DNA of 64,000 nucleotides from Histomonas meleagridis 2922-C6/04-290x (Eukaryota; Protista; Parabasalia). The stretch covers positions 124,001 through 188,000 of the forward strand of contig JAANOX010000242.1 of NCBI GenBank assembly GCA_020184695.1, written 5' to 3'. Made by a program: the position numbers and the translations under genes. The notes beneath the pieces are model-generated. The model did no database searches. It was not told the origin of the DNA and was given only the letters and a program-made list of their open reading frames with translations. Numbering within the stretch: position 1 is the stretch's first letter; each line of letters opens with the position of its first letter. Shown one piece after another: positions 1-12,234 of this stretch.

Positions 1-78
1 GTCTGTCATTTCAAAGTCATCGCTTTTACCTTCTGCTTCTTTGTCTAAAGCGAAAAGTGATCCAAGTCTCTTTATCAT
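1..78 (-). CDS. 5' end of a hypothetical protein running off the window (MIKRLGSLFALDKEAEGKSDDFEMTD...)
   Basis: ATG at 78 on minus strand, open to base 1, preceded by a purine-rich leader; only 26 codons visible. Confidence 0.45.
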   Translation of the reverse strand, partial: MIKRLGSLFALDKEAEGKSDDFEMTD

Positions 79-408
79 TTTTTTTCTTTTTTTCACTTCA
101 CTTTTGAATTTTTTTTTAAATTGCTTAAATAAATCGAGAAAAACAAACGAGACCTAATTTTAGTATTATTGGAAGAAAAGATTTTCTCAATAATACAAAA
201 ATTACAAATACGAAATACTTATCAACACCCTATTGTCGACAAAAAATTTTCCTCTAGGCCTTTATCGCAAAATGATATGCTCCAAGAGGTTTAAAATCAA
301 AATAACACAAAATAAAAGCAACAACGAATATATCACATCAAAATCTTCAAGTTAATTAATTGCTGAATTTAATAAACCACGTATAATGTATAACACTAAA
401 AAATTAAC

Positions 409-856
409 ATGGAATCAAAAAAAATTCAGCAAGCTGAAAAAAGCATCCAATTTACGATAGGTAAAAAGTATACTAAAGATTTAAAGAAACTTAAAGAAAC
501 ATATATACAAAGGTCAAATCAATCAGATGGCCTTCAATTTAATATTGTTAAAATGCGTGAAGAAGTAACTCGATTTGAAATAGAATGGAATACAGACGAA
601 GCGACCAAAATTTTCCTAAATATCAAAATCCTTGAAAATGATATTACAAATAATTTAATATAATTTAATATTACAAATTCGAGAAGTTGAAGCTCGGAAA
701 GACATTTTGGCTGAAGCACAAGAAAACAAAAACAATTTGCATAGAGAGATTGGATGATGAGATGGAAAAGTTGGAAAAGAATAAGAAAAAAGAACTTGGC
801 CAATAAAGCAAAGAATCGAAGAAATACTCAAACAATTACAAGAACAACAAATATAA
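409..856 (+). pseudogene. Fragmented coiled-coil protein remnant
   Basis: ORF 409-663 is followed by E/K/Q/L-rich segments in shifting frames (LQIREVEARKDILAEAQE; LDDEMEKLEKNKKK; RIEEILKQLQEQQI). Confidence 0.3.
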
Positions 857-935
857 TGATATCAGTAGTTGTTTGCTCATGAAAAAAACACCAACATGCG
901 AAAAGATAAGTAATTTGAATGAACATTTATACAAT

Positions 936-1045
936 TTATGATGTGTCAATATACATAAGTGCTTTCCAAAATAATTTGAATAATTTCCAAATATTATTTT
1001 GAAAAATCAAATTATTAAAATCAATTTTAAATAAAACAAACAAAT
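936..1045 (-). repeat. Orphan 80-nt ankyrin hairpin insert (966-1045) with a stub of ankyrin (KALMYIDTS*)
   Basis: ccaaaataatttgaataatttccaaatattattttgaaaaatcaaattatt matches the insert consensus of the ankyrin loci. Confidence 0.75.
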
Positions 1046-1200
1046 ATATATTTCAACATTTAAGTAAAAATATTTATATAGTTAATTAAACTTTTTATTT
1101 TTTATCATTATCATGGAAACCGTTAATATTTCAATACTTTAAATGGTCGGATATTTAAATTGAATCATTAAATGCTCAACCAAAAAATGCCTTCATAAGA

Positions 1201-1207
1201 TCATTTT
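1201..1207 (+). promoter_or_regulatory. Trichomonad initiator (Inr) element of Hsp70
   Basis: TCATTTT 13 nt upstream of the ATG; matches the TCA+1Y(T/A) Inr known from Trichomonas. Confidence 0.6.
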
Positions 1208-1213
1208 TTTATT

Positions 1214-3157
1214 ATGTCAGCAATTGGTATTGATCTTGGTACAACTTATAGTTGTGTCGGTGTCTTCAGGCACGGTCGTGTCGATATTATAGCAAATGAT
1301 ATGGGTAATCGTACAACACCATCTTATGTTGCATTCACCGAAGATGAACGTCTTGTTGGTGATGCTGCAAAGAACCAAGCAGCCATGAATCCAACAAATA
1401 CAGTATTTGATGCCAAGCGTATGATTGGCCGTAAGTTTAGTGATCCAGTTGTTCAAAAAGATATGCAACATTGGCCATTTAAGGTTGTTCGTGGCGATGC
1501 AGATCGTCCAAGGATTCAAGTTCAATGGAAGGGTGAAACCAAACAATTCTATCCAGAAGAAATCTCAGCTATGGTCTTAGGCAAAATGAAGGAAATCGCT
1601 GAAAGCCAACTTTCTAACAAAGTTACTGATGCTGTTGTTACAGTTCCAGCCTATTTCAACGATGGTCAACGTCAAGCCACAAAAGATGCAGGCGTTATTG
1701 CCGGATTAAATGTTCTTCGTATCATCAACGAACCAACAGCCGCTGCTATTGCATTTGGTCTTAACGAAAAATCTGATAACGAACGTCATGTTCTTATCTT
1801 CGATCTTGGCGGCGGTACATTTGATGTTTCGTTACTTGATATTGATGGCGGCATGTTCGAAGTTCGTGCCACAGCAGGCGATACACATCTTGGCGGTGAA
1901 GATTTTGATAATCGTATGGTTAATTACTTTGCAGATCGTTTCCAAAAGAAGTTCAAATGTGACTTAAGACAATCACCACGTGCACTCCGTACATTAAGAA
2001 CAGCATGCGAACGTGCTAAGAGAACATTATCCACAGCCACATCCGCATCAATTGTTTGCGATTCATTATATGAAGGCCACGACTTCATGGATAACATTTC
2101 ACGTGCAATGTTCGAGAACTTAAATGATGAACTTTTCAGGTCAACAATGAATCCAGTCGCACAAGTATTAAGGGATGCGAACATGTCGAAGTCAGATGTC
2201 ACAGATATAGTGTTAGTTGGTGGTTCATCGCGTATTCCACGTGTTCAACAATTGTTACAAGACTTCTTCAACGGTAAGCAGCCATGTCGTGGTGTTGATC
2301 CGGATGAAGCAGTTGCATATGGTGCAGCAGTTCAAGCAGCAATTATCAAAGGCGATACACATGAAGAAATCAAAGATATCTTATTGTTAGATGTTGCACC
2401 ACTTTCATTAGGTATCGAAACAGCAGGTGAAATTATGACTGTCTTAATTCCACGTAACACAACAATCCCATGCAAGAAGTCAAATGTCTTCACAACGTTC
2501 TCCGATAACCAACCGGCAGTTACAATCAAAGTTTATGAAGGAGAACGTTCACGAACACGCGACAACAACTTGCTTGGTACATTCGATTTAACAGGCATTC
2601 CACCAGCACCACGCGGTGTTCCACAGATTGAAGTTACATTCGATGTTAACGCAGATGGTATTATGAATGTTTCTGCACAAGATAAGTCGACAGGTAACGT
2701 GAAGAAGATCACGATTAAGAATGAGAAAGGACGTCTTTCACAAGCAGATATCGACAAAATGGTTGCAGACGCAGAGAAGTACAAAGCACAAGATGAAGAA
2801 GTGCGTAAGAAAGTGGAAGCGAAGAACGCACTCGAAGGATACTGCTTCGGCGTACGCAACTCATTAAATCAAGAGCAGTTCGCTAACGCATTGTCACAAT
2901 CAGACAAGGACACAATTAACAAGGAAATCAATGACACACTCGCATGGATCGAGTCTAACCAAGACGCAGACGTCGCAACAATCGAAGCGAAGCAGAAGGA
3001 ACTCGAAGGCAAACTGATGCCAATTATGCAATCAGCTTATCAACATGCAGCAGGCGGCGCACAAGGCGGAATGCCAGGCGCGAACATGCAAGGAGGAAGT
3101 GGAGCATCAGCAAATAGTGGACATTCATCAGGACCACGAGTTGAAGAAGTCGATTAA
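1214..3157 (+). CDS. HSP70: Cytosolic heat shock protein 70
   Basis: [32 protein letters not shown]-terminal GGMP and EEVD; stop overlaps TAAA. Confidence 0.98.
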   Translation: MSAIGIDLGTTYSCVGVFRHGRVDIIANDMGNRTTPSYVAFTEDERLVGDAAKNQAAMNPTNTVFDAKRMIGRKFSDPVVQKDMQHWPFKVVRGDADRPRIQVQWKGETKQFYPEEISAMVLGKMKEIAESQLSNKVTDAVVTVPAYFNDGQRQATKDAGVIAGLNVLRIINEPTAAAIAFGLNEKSDNERHVLIFDLGGGTFDVSLLDIDGGMFEVRATAGDTHLGGEDFDNRMVNYFADRFQKKFKCDLRQSPRALRTLRTACERAKRTLSTATSASIVCDSLYEGHDFMDNISRAMFENLNDELFRSTMNPVAQVLRDANMSKSDVTDIVLVGGSSRIPRVQQLLQDFFNGKQPCRGVDPDEAVAYGAAVQAAIIKGDTHEEIKDILLLDVAPLSLGIETAGEIMTVLIPRNTTIPCKKSNVFTTFSDNQPAVTIKVYEGERSRTRDNNLLGTFDLTGIPPAPRGVPQIEVTFDVNADGIMNVSAQDKSTGNVKKITIKNEKGRLSQADIDKMVADAEKYKAQDEEVRKKVEAKNALEGYCFGVRNSLNQEQFANALSQSDKDTINKEINDTLAWIESNQDADVATIEAKQKELEGKLMPIMQSAYQHAAGGAQGGMPGANMQGGSGASANSGHSSGPRVEEVD

Positions 3158-4496
3158 ATGTTATTGAAATGAAATAAATCATAAATTAAATTAAAATATT
3201 TTTTCTTGTTTTTTTATAAGAAACAGCGCAATAAATTTATATATATATATAAAGTATTGAAAATTGAGAATGATTATTTTGTAGACATGTCAAAATTGAC
3301 AAGTTTATTAATGCCGAATTATTTGAACCAGTTTATGTATTTGAAATGTTTGTTTTAGATTTATTGGTTTTAGTCATCAGCTAAAATATATCATTAAGGA
3401 TTTGGCAATTATGATTTTGCACAAAATATTGTTTTATTTAATAATTAACAGATTTAAATGAAGATTATTATTAATGAACATTTGAGATGTTACTTCAAGA
3501 TGAAATCTTTTTTTGATTCCGTTCGTTTGCTAATAAAATCAGTATATTTTAAAGATTTTTTGCTTAAAATTTCGGAACTTAGTGATAATTTAATTAATTA
3601 TTTTTACAAATTTTAAACAAAATTCCAAATTCTGATGTGATCGCGTTTATTTTCTTCTTTTTCAGGTAAGTAACCAACGCGGGGTGTGTAAAACAAATGT
3701 ATTATAAAGAATATCGATAAGTAAAACAAGCGCCAATTCTTTGGATTGTTGGATATGATAAAAAATAAGTTTAACTGCATGTAAGTAACTTTGTTTACAT
3801 GTATTGATTTCTTTGTTTTTAGTATCAGGTAAAAAGAAATAAATTATTATCGAAGAAATGAAAAACATGTTGACATCACAATGCAAATTTGAGAATTATT
3901 GAAACCACAATTTAAGTATCTTTGATATACATATTGACCTTGAAATGCAAGTCCAAGAATAAAAGAATAGTAACAAACAAAATAATGGAGCTGGAAATTA
4001 TTGAGTCAAGTTGATTTTTGCCTTTTAGATTTGAACCACTTAACTAACTTCATGATAAATAAATATTATTAATCCAGAAATAATCGTTTATGCTACTAAA
4101 TTTATGAGTACTAGGTCTCTTTCTTTCTCAATTTCCTTTGGTATCGAAGTCTTCGATATTATAACAAACTTGCTAAAAATAATTAAAGCTATAAGTAGTG
4201 CTCCAATAGTTACCACGTTGAGAATTAAATTAGCTTTGCATGTCATTATTCCAGATGTTTTTGTGAAATTTGATGAATTTTTATCTTGATAGATTTTATA
4301 TATTTGTCTGTTTTTGTTTTTTGACAAAATGTGTTCTCTGAAATTTTGTTGATATCTTTGGATTTAATTTTGTTTTGTACCTTGTAGAAATCAGATAATG
4401 AAAAATGTAAACTGCTCAAAACCTTTCGAAATAAATTTCGAGAGGACGATACATATCGTTTATTTATAATCAAGGAATTAAAAAAGTTACATTTTA

Positions 4497-6957
4497 ATGA
4501 CTGAAAGCACACAAACACTTGAATTAGAAAATGAGGCAAATAATGCATCAATCAAAAGCCAATCTATATATATGCAAAAGTTGATTTTTTTAGAACAGGT
4601 TATATTTAATCTCACAGAAAAAAACTTTGAAATTTCTGTCGCAAAAACAATGAATTTTTTTGACAAAGATATTCCTTTCACATTTAATTATTGTATAATT
4701 GTTTTAATTTATTTAGCATTTTCATCTCAAAGAGAATCAATCCAAACATATTTCAATTTTTTACAAGAAATTCAAACACAAGAAGAAGCAATTCTTCACA
4801 ATAATCCAAAAATTATTGAAATTTTTACTAATTATATATCAGAATTTAATACACAAGAGACATATTATATCATTGAAAAAATGATTGAAAACGAATTAAT
4901 TAATATAAATATTACCAAAAACTTTAATACCAATTATTTTGCACATTATAAAACAGAAGAAGAAAACAAGAAAAACGATTCTAAAGATTCATTCAATGAA
5001 GAATTTAAAAATAATTATGAAAAATTATCAAAGAATGATTGGGAACTTCATAAGCAATTAGTTAAAGAAGGAGTTAATCCGAATGAAATATCAAAAATCA
5101 TTCGAAATGATGATATAGAGAAACTTCAAGAAATATCAACACAAGAAGATTTCGATTTTAATCAAATCATTAAACCATCACTTTATGCACGATATTCATT
5201 TATTAACAAAGAAAATGTTACATTAATTGATTTTGCTGCATTTTTTGGAGCAATTCAATGTTTTAAATATTTATTATTGAACAACGCAAAAGTTGAAAAT
5301 ACAGGTAAATATGCAATTGCAGGTGGAAATCTTGAAATTATTTATTTATGTGAACAAAATCATTCGACATTTGACGATGTTTATGAAATAGCAATTAAAT
5401 TTCATCGAAATGACATCTTTAAATATATTTATGAAAACAAAATCGAAAAACTAGATCAAAACAATCAACAACATTTATTAACATATGTAATTACAAACAA
5501 AATTCCATTTAAAAACTTTGGATATTATATAAGTAACACACAAACATTAACTGATATTAAATTCCAAGAACAAATTTATCAATGTATTAATATTGGTAAT
5601 TATGAAATTCTTTCATTTTTAGAAGAAGAAATCAAATTCGATGAATATATAATTAATGTAACAGCAAAAACAGGTAATTTATATCTTGTCGAATATTTTC
5701 TTGAACATAATCAAATTCCGAAAAACATTTTAGTTTTTGCATTAGAATTGAACTTGTTCAGTATTATTAAACAAGAAGGGATTGATATTAATGCTAAAAA
5801 TATTAATTTGTTTGTATTAAAATATGTTTTAATGTTTTGATATTTTAAAATAATATTTGGAATTTTATTAAATTATTTAGAACATCTTTAATGATAGCAA
5901 CTATAAAAGGTTATATAGGAATTGTTCAATTTCTTATAGAACAAGAAGGAATTAACTTAAACTTAAAGATATTCGTATGCATTACACAAAATCGATATTA
6001 AAAATTTTGGGTTTTAAAAAATAATTTGGAATTTAATTATTAAATTTGATACCGCACTTTTATTGGCTTCGCAATATGATCAAACTGAAATATTTAAAAT
6101 ACTTCTTAAGAAAGAAGAAAACATTAATAACGTCAACATTGTTTTTGTTTATTTTATGTTAGTTACAATAAATTGATATTTTAAATATGTATTAGGTAAT
6201 TATTTTCAATATTTAAATCAATTTTATATTTTGAAACCGAAAAAAATCACATCTAAATGGTTAAATTACTTCTTGAGCAAGAAAAAATTGATATTAATGT
6301 TAAAGATGTTTATTTGTTTTATTTAATATATATTTCAACAATTTACAATTTAAAAACAATATTTGGAATTTAATTAAATTATTTAAAACGCCACTTATTA
6401 TAGCAGTTTCAAATAGATATTTTGAAATGGTTAAGTTACTTCTTGAACAAAAAGGAATTGATGTTAATGCTATAGATATTTAATCATTATTTACAAAATT
6501 TTAATATTTCCAAATAATATTTGGAAATTATTTAAATTATTTCAAACAGCACTTATTTTAGCATCTGAAAATGGTCATACAGAAATAGTTAAATTACTTC
6601 ATGAACAAAAAGGAATTGATATTAATGCTAAAGATATTTATTTGTTTTATTTAAAATTTATTTTAATAATTTAATATTTCAAAATAATATTTGGAAATTA
6701 TTTAAATTATTTTGGACAGCACTTATGAAAGCATCTAGAAATGGTTATACAGAAATAGTTAAATTACTTCTTGAACAAAAAGGAATTGATATTAATGCTA
6801 AAGATATTTATTTGTTTTATTTGGTATTTATTTTAATAATTTAATATTTCAAAATAATGATTGGAAATTATTTAAATTATCTGAAACAGCACTTATTTGG
6901 GCATCTTTAAATGGCCACAAAGAAATAGTTGATTTATTAAATTCTCAAACCGAATAA
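4497..6957 (+). pseudogene. Locus A: DUF3447 + ankyrin-repeat gene with 7 frame-breaking hairpin inserts; partly decayed
   Basis: DUF3447 motifs (LIDFAAFFGAIQCFKYLL, YAIAGGNLEIIYLCEQ, AIKFHRND). TAL-type blocks start at 5882, 6051, 6218, 6388, 6546, 6716, 6886; inserts are 80,80,80,80,68,80,80 nt. 1-nt deletion near 5960 and TAA at 6254-6256 lie inside coding blocks. Confidence 0.8.
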
Positions 6958-7025
6958 TTCTAGAAATGATTTACACATAAATTATCTTTATAAAACGTTT
7001 ACATATCTAAAAAATAAATTTTCTA

Positions 7026-7560
7026 TCACAATTTGAATTCAATGCAAATAATAAATGTATTATTTTTTTGCAAAACTGTATTTCCTTCGTATCGTTCACT
7101 GATGGACTCATTCTGAAGTTTATCAAAAACACAATTTTGGGTTTTTATGAAGCACTCTGTGCTATAGAAAGAGATATAACTTGGCGATTTGCCATTGGAA
7201 CCTGAAAAGAAGCAATCTCCAACATGTGGTCTGTTCATCCAGTGAAAGTAATTCTAATCCTTCAGAGCCAGACGTATTATTATTAAATTGCTAGTGACGA
7301 TATTGGTACTAAGGCAAGTTTTTAGATCAGTACAAATCTGCATCAAATTAGGAGCATAAGTATTTTTGGTTATAACAAATTTCATTATTGGTACTGCGAA
7401 CTCGACATACACTAGCAGTTTAAGCTTTGGTTCCATAATAAGTTATGTTTGCATAAGAAATACTTGAAGTGTATGATGTTTCTTTTAGTGATCCTGAAAA
7501 TATTGCTCCAAATCTTTCAGCAAAACTCCCAGTGATCGAAGAGTACTAAAGAGAAAAAGG
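7026..7560 (-). pseudogene. Decayed secreted/surface-protein fragment (N/S/T/C-rich)
   Basis: Protein-like reading AERFGAIFSGSLKETSYTSSISYANITYYGTK*...FNNNTSGSEGL with several in-frame stops and shifts. Confidence 0.3.
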
Positions 7561-8187
7561 TTGTGAAAACTTGTAATAAAGAGATCCACCTTAGAGAGTT
7601 GAATAGTTTGTGAAAATACAAATATGGATTGTTATGTTTGCGGAAATTTGACCAACAATTTCTACTTTTCATTGCTTCTTCAATTTTTTGTAAATCAAAA
7701 ATGTTAACTGAGAACAGAAGTAAATTAAATATCCTTCCTGTTTTAACTTTCCGATGAAAGAATCGAATTTTTTTGATTGTGTTATTTTAGAGGTACTCAA
7801 AATGGTAAAATAAACATATTCTGATGAATTTTTTGATTTTTATTAAGTCCTTATCATTACTTAAGTAAAAATCTGTCTTCAAATTGAGAAAAAAATTACA
7901 GATCGAAATGGAAATTTCGAAACCGATTTTTTCAAAATATATATTTTTTAAGACCAATCTTAATTATTTTTGATGTATATGATTTTTTTATCGGTGGTAG
8001 TTCTTTAAATCTTAATAATGTTTTTTTCATTCAATTTTCTTCATTTTATTATCACTTTATTTAAATCGGATCTAAAAAGTTCTGTGCAGTTGTGGTGGTC
8101 TTTTTTTTTCTAATTATAATATTAAAATAAAGTAAATATTAAAATATAAATATTATATTTTTTAATTTTAATGATTTATCAAGATAT

Positions 8188-9300
8188 TTATATTTCGATG
8201 GTCAAAAAGTGCACAAAAATTGGTTTGTCTGTATGACCATTTGAAGATGCTAAAATAAGTGCTGTATCAAACAATTTAAATAATTTCAAAAATTATTTTG
8301 AAATATCAAATTATTAAAATAAATTTCAAATAAAACAAATAAATATCTTTAGCATTAATATCAATTCCTTCTTGTTCAAGAAGTAATTTAATTATTTCTG
8401 TATGACCATATTTACATACTATCATAAGTGCTGTACCAAATAATATAAATAATATCCAAATATTACCTCGAAACACAAAATTATTAAACCAAATATAAAA
8501 TAAAACATATAAATATCTTTAACATTAATATCAATTCCTTCTTGTTCAAGAAGTAATTTAACTATTTCTGTATGACCTTCTGAAGATGCTCTAATAAGTG
8601 CTGTCCAAAATAATTTAAATAATTTCCAAATATTATTTTGAAATATAAAATTATTATAATAAATATAAAACAAAACAAATAAATATCTTTAGCATTAATA
8701 TCAAATCCTTTTTGTTCAAGAAGTATTTTAACTATATCTGTATGTCCATTTCTAGATGCTTTCATAAGTGCTGTATAAAATATTTCTGAATTAAATGATA
8801 TAAATAATTTCCAATTAGTATTTTGAAATATAAAATTATTTATATGAATTTCAAATTAAATAAATGAATAACCCTTAACATTTAAAACAATTTCTTTTTG
8901 TGTGAGAAATAACTTAAAAATTTCTAAGTTGCCATAAATAGAAGCGAAAATTAATGCCGTTCTAAGTAATTAGAATAAATTCCTTACATGAAGTTTAAAT
9001 TCTAAAACATTGTAATGAAGATCAGATTGAATAAATAAATATCAGTATCATTAATATCAATCCCATTTTGTTTAAGAAGTAATTTAACTATTTCTATACT
9101 CCCATATATAGTTGCATACATAAGTGCTGTTTCGAAAAATTTAAATAATTTCCAAATGTTCATTTGGAATATTAAATCATTTAAATAAACATCAAACAAA
9201 ACAGATGAATATTTTGAGAATTAATATCAATTCCTTTTTGCTCATGAAGTAACTGAACTATTTCTATATTACTATCAAAAGATGCTTTTATAAGTGCTGT
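8188..9300 (-). repeat. Locus B: headless array of 7 ankyrin blocks separated by hairpin inserts
   Basis: Blocks start at 9300, 9130, 8960, 8774, 8604, 8434, 8265, all stop-free; inserts are 80,80,96,80,80,79 nt; no DUF3447 N-terminus found upstream. Confidence 0.85.
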
Positions 9301-9759
9301 ATTAAATAATATAAATAACTTCCAAATATTATTATCACTGAAAATATTTTTTATATAAATTATTAGGAATCAATATTCTGATGGTGAAAAAAGCAGATAG
9401 GGAAAGAGCTTTCAATTATTTTTAAACTGTTTTGTTTTCTATTATATTTTTTCTTGTTTTTTCCTTATATTTGAAATTTGTATGAATAGCTTGTAATTTT
9501 TTGTTTTTGTATTTTTATCATAATCTGATGTTTCTTATACTATCTAAATATAAATGTTCTAAAATACATCTTTATTTTAATTTGTATATAATAAAAATTT
9601 TATTGCAATAAAAGCAAAATCAAATGATTCAAATGCACTAACATAAATAATCACCACACAAACGCATAAAAAATTCATTTTCTAAAACAAAACAACAACA
9701 CATTAACAAAAAGTGTCATTTTGATGCGCTAATTAAAAATCAAAATTTTTGTAAATTTT

Positions 9760-10941
9760 TTAGATATCATCGAACATAAAATCATTTCCACAAGTAAAAA
9801 CTATGGAATCCTGTTGATCCAGCAAATTTGCAATGTCATCTGGGTTAAAACATTCAAAATCAGATGTGTAATTCAGATCAGTTTCATTTCTTCTCAGGAA
9901 TCCATTCTGGTGTATATCTTTTTTCCAACACGTCATTCCAATTCAACGAAGAAAAGAACGGATGTCTCTTGATCTCTTCCACATCTTCTTCAGATGCTCC
10001 TAATCTTGTTGCAGGATTTTTATCCAACAATTTCGTAATCAAATCTTTTGCAACTTCCGAAACATATACAGGAAATGAAACATGTTCTTTCAATATCATT
10101 TGATACATTTTTGGTGTATTCTCATCATAGAATGGCGGAAGACCCTTAAGCATCTCATAGACTAAAGTTCCATAACTCCACCAATCAACTGAACGTGTGC
10201 ATTTCTGTTGCTGTAACTTTTCGGGCGCAATGTATTCCGGTGAATACCAACAACAAAATGTCACAGAACTAAAACAAGTGATCTTAAGATGTCCGTCTTT
10301 GTCAACTAGGATATTTTCGGGACATAATTCAAGATATATGAATCCTAATTTGTGGAGATAACCTAAGCCAAGTAAAATTTCGGCCGCATATAATACGGTA
10401 CGTTGCTCACTGAAACGGACTTCGTCTCTTAGATGGGAAAACAATTCTTTGCCTGGTACATATTCTAATATCATATAAATTTTTCTCGGAGTTTGAATTG
10501 TATGATGCAATGCCACTAAAAACGGATGCCGCGCCTTGAGTAACACATTGCGCTCTGTCATTGTTTGTTCGATTTGTTCTGTTTCGAGTAATATTTGTGA
10601 ATTACTTTCATCGCATATAATTGGACATCGCGTTTACATAGAACAAGTCGTACTACATATTTGCCTCTTCCAAGGACTCGAACAAGATCAAATCGTCAAG
10701 ACAGATTCCATCCGCTTGAAATCTCTGTCCTCTCTTTTCTTTTTTGTTTTCGATTCCTTTTTGGGATTCTTTGCACGCTTCGACCCAGGATTGGCACTCC
10801 GCCTGACTTGGGGCTAATAGCATAAAGTACGTGATCCTGGTATAACAACTTTAAACGCGGGCTGCTCCTTGAATGCATTCTGGAGCAAGTTCGATTGAGG
10901 ACTCGTGTTTTAATTCGATATATACTTTTTCTTTCTTTCAT
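9760..10941 (-). pseudogene. PH-domain AGC (PKB/Akt-like) kinase pseudogene
   Basis: Across frames: PH remnant (AFKVVIPGSRT...AECQSWVEAC), LDD-DLVRVLGRGKY, ERNVLLKARHPFL. Corrupted catalytic motifs (YLELCPEN for YRDLKPEN, ITCF for ITDF); several frameshifts; AGC tail in another frame. Confidence 0.8.
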
Positions 10942-11198
10942 GACTCCGTGGAGTCTTATGATATTTGAATAAAATTAATAAAAAACAGTAAACAAATTAT
11001 TTCTGAGGTTAATAATTTCTTCTGTAAACAAGTATTGAGTACTTTATCTCAAAAGTGCGATATAAAACATTTTATAAATTTCACAAAGACGATTATGGAT
11101 TGTTTATTTCAATTTTTTTATGAAACACAAAATACTTTCACAAAATTTAAATGTACTCACTGATGTAAGAAACTTTTTCTAAAAAGAAATAATAAATA

Positions 11199-12137
11199 AT
11201 GGATCAATCAAATTTGGATTCATCATCTCTAACATTAGATGATGTAATTGATTTTATTCCTCCCCCTCCTGAAGGTGTTGATCAAGAAACAGCAAAATCC
11301 ATTATAAATTATCGGAAAACAATTTTTAACTTTCGAATTAAAAAAGTAAATACAAATATTATAGATTTTCTTAAAATATGGCCAAGAGGAAGTCCAGTTG
11401 ATTTTTTTATTGCACTAGAATTCTGTAAAGATGATGTCCAAATTATGAAAGAAAAATTAAAAGATCAAACTTTTATTAAAACTATTATTGAAGAATCAAG
11501 TAAAAGGTGCTTTAAAGGGAAGCCAAGTGCTGAGTATGGGATTGCAAATAAATATCTTTTTGAAATAAATGAAGATAAATTATTTGAAGATGAAAAACAA
11601 ACCATAAAGAAAGAATGGAGACGCTCCGAAGTTGTTCAATTCAAGCGATTGTATTTAGAGTATGGAAAAGATTTTCAATCGATATCTCATTATCTTAAAA
11701 CAAAATCTGTAAACCAATGTAGATATATGTATACTAAATTAAGTAAAAACGGACGGCTTCCGAATATGGACGAAAGTTCAGATCAAGAATATATTGATGA
11801 TGAATTTTCGATAAATTCATTATCATTTGTTTTTAATGGAGCAACCTTTAAAGTAGGTGAAAAACAGACAAAACTCCAGAAATATATATTCCTGAATCCA
11901 ATTCCAGGACACATTGATCAAATAACAATGCAACCAATGCAAATTCCAACCATTTCTAAAGATGGGTATGTACTTGATTATAGTACCTGGTTGAAACTTT
12001 TGACTCAGAAAAAGGTAAATCCATTTACACAAAATCATATAAAATCAAAAAGAGAATTAGTTATATTAACAACAGATAACTTTCCTTATTATAAGGATAG
12101 GATTGTGAACTTGGAAGAAACTAATCCTAACAAATGA
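11199..12137 (+). CDS. Myb/SANT + U-box-like domain protein
   Basis: WRRSEVVQFKRLYLEYGKDFQSISHYLKTKSVNQCRYMY (SANT) and DQITMQPMQIPTISKDGYVLDYSTW...NPFT (U-box-like). Confidence 0.75.
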   Translation: MDQSNLDSSSLTLDDVIDFIPPPPEGVDQETAKSIINYRKTIFNFRIKKVNTNIIDFLKIWPRGSPVDFFIALEFCKDDVQIMKEKLKDQTFIKTIIEESSKRCFKGKPSAEYGIANKYLFEINEDKLFEDEKQTIKKEWRRSEVVQFKRLYLEYGKDFQSISHYLKTKSVNQCRYMYTKLSKNGRLPNMDESSDQEYIDDEFSINSLSFVFNGATFKVGEKQTKLQKYIFLNPIPGHIDQITMQPMQIPTISKDGYVLDYSTWLKLLTQKKVNPFTQNHIKSKRELVILTTDNFPYYKDRIVNLEETNPNK

Positions 12138-12234
12138 TACCTAAAATAAATTTTATTTTTTTTTTTTTTAATTTTTGTCAAAAATAAAAACTCACAATTT
12201 ATGTTGACATGAAATAAATTTTAGGCAAAATCCA

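Noticed and set aside
1217-2859. Antisense and alternate-frame ORFs overlapping Hsp70 and other long genes
   Set aside because: Shadow ORFs from codon bias; no independent motifs.
6638-6712. Ciliate-like excision between the TTATTT direct repeats (insert nt 3-8 and 72-77)
   Set aside because: They are 69 nt apart; excision leaving one copy leaves 11 nt, which is out of frame.
6634-6717. U12-type AT-AC introns
   Set aside because: AT...AC joins remove 84, 82 or 78 nt, none restoring frame (needs 2 mod 3); no ATATCCTT donor or TCCTTAAC branch.
6636-6719. Canonical GT-AG splicing of the ankyrin inserts (GT of TTTGTTTT, or a leading GTT/GTA, to the AG of ACAG)
   Set aside because: Both joins are out of frame and delete the conserved Thr. 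Many units lack the GT or the ACAG (ACG CCA, ACC GCT, AAC GCA), and there is no CTAAC-type branch at the trichomonad spacing.
8422-9199. Short track ORFs such as MIFQYNIWKLFKLFKTAL... as independent small proteins
   Set aside because: They are read-throughs of insert plus block. The W codon is TGA or TAA in other units and starts are TTG/ATG at inconsistent positions.
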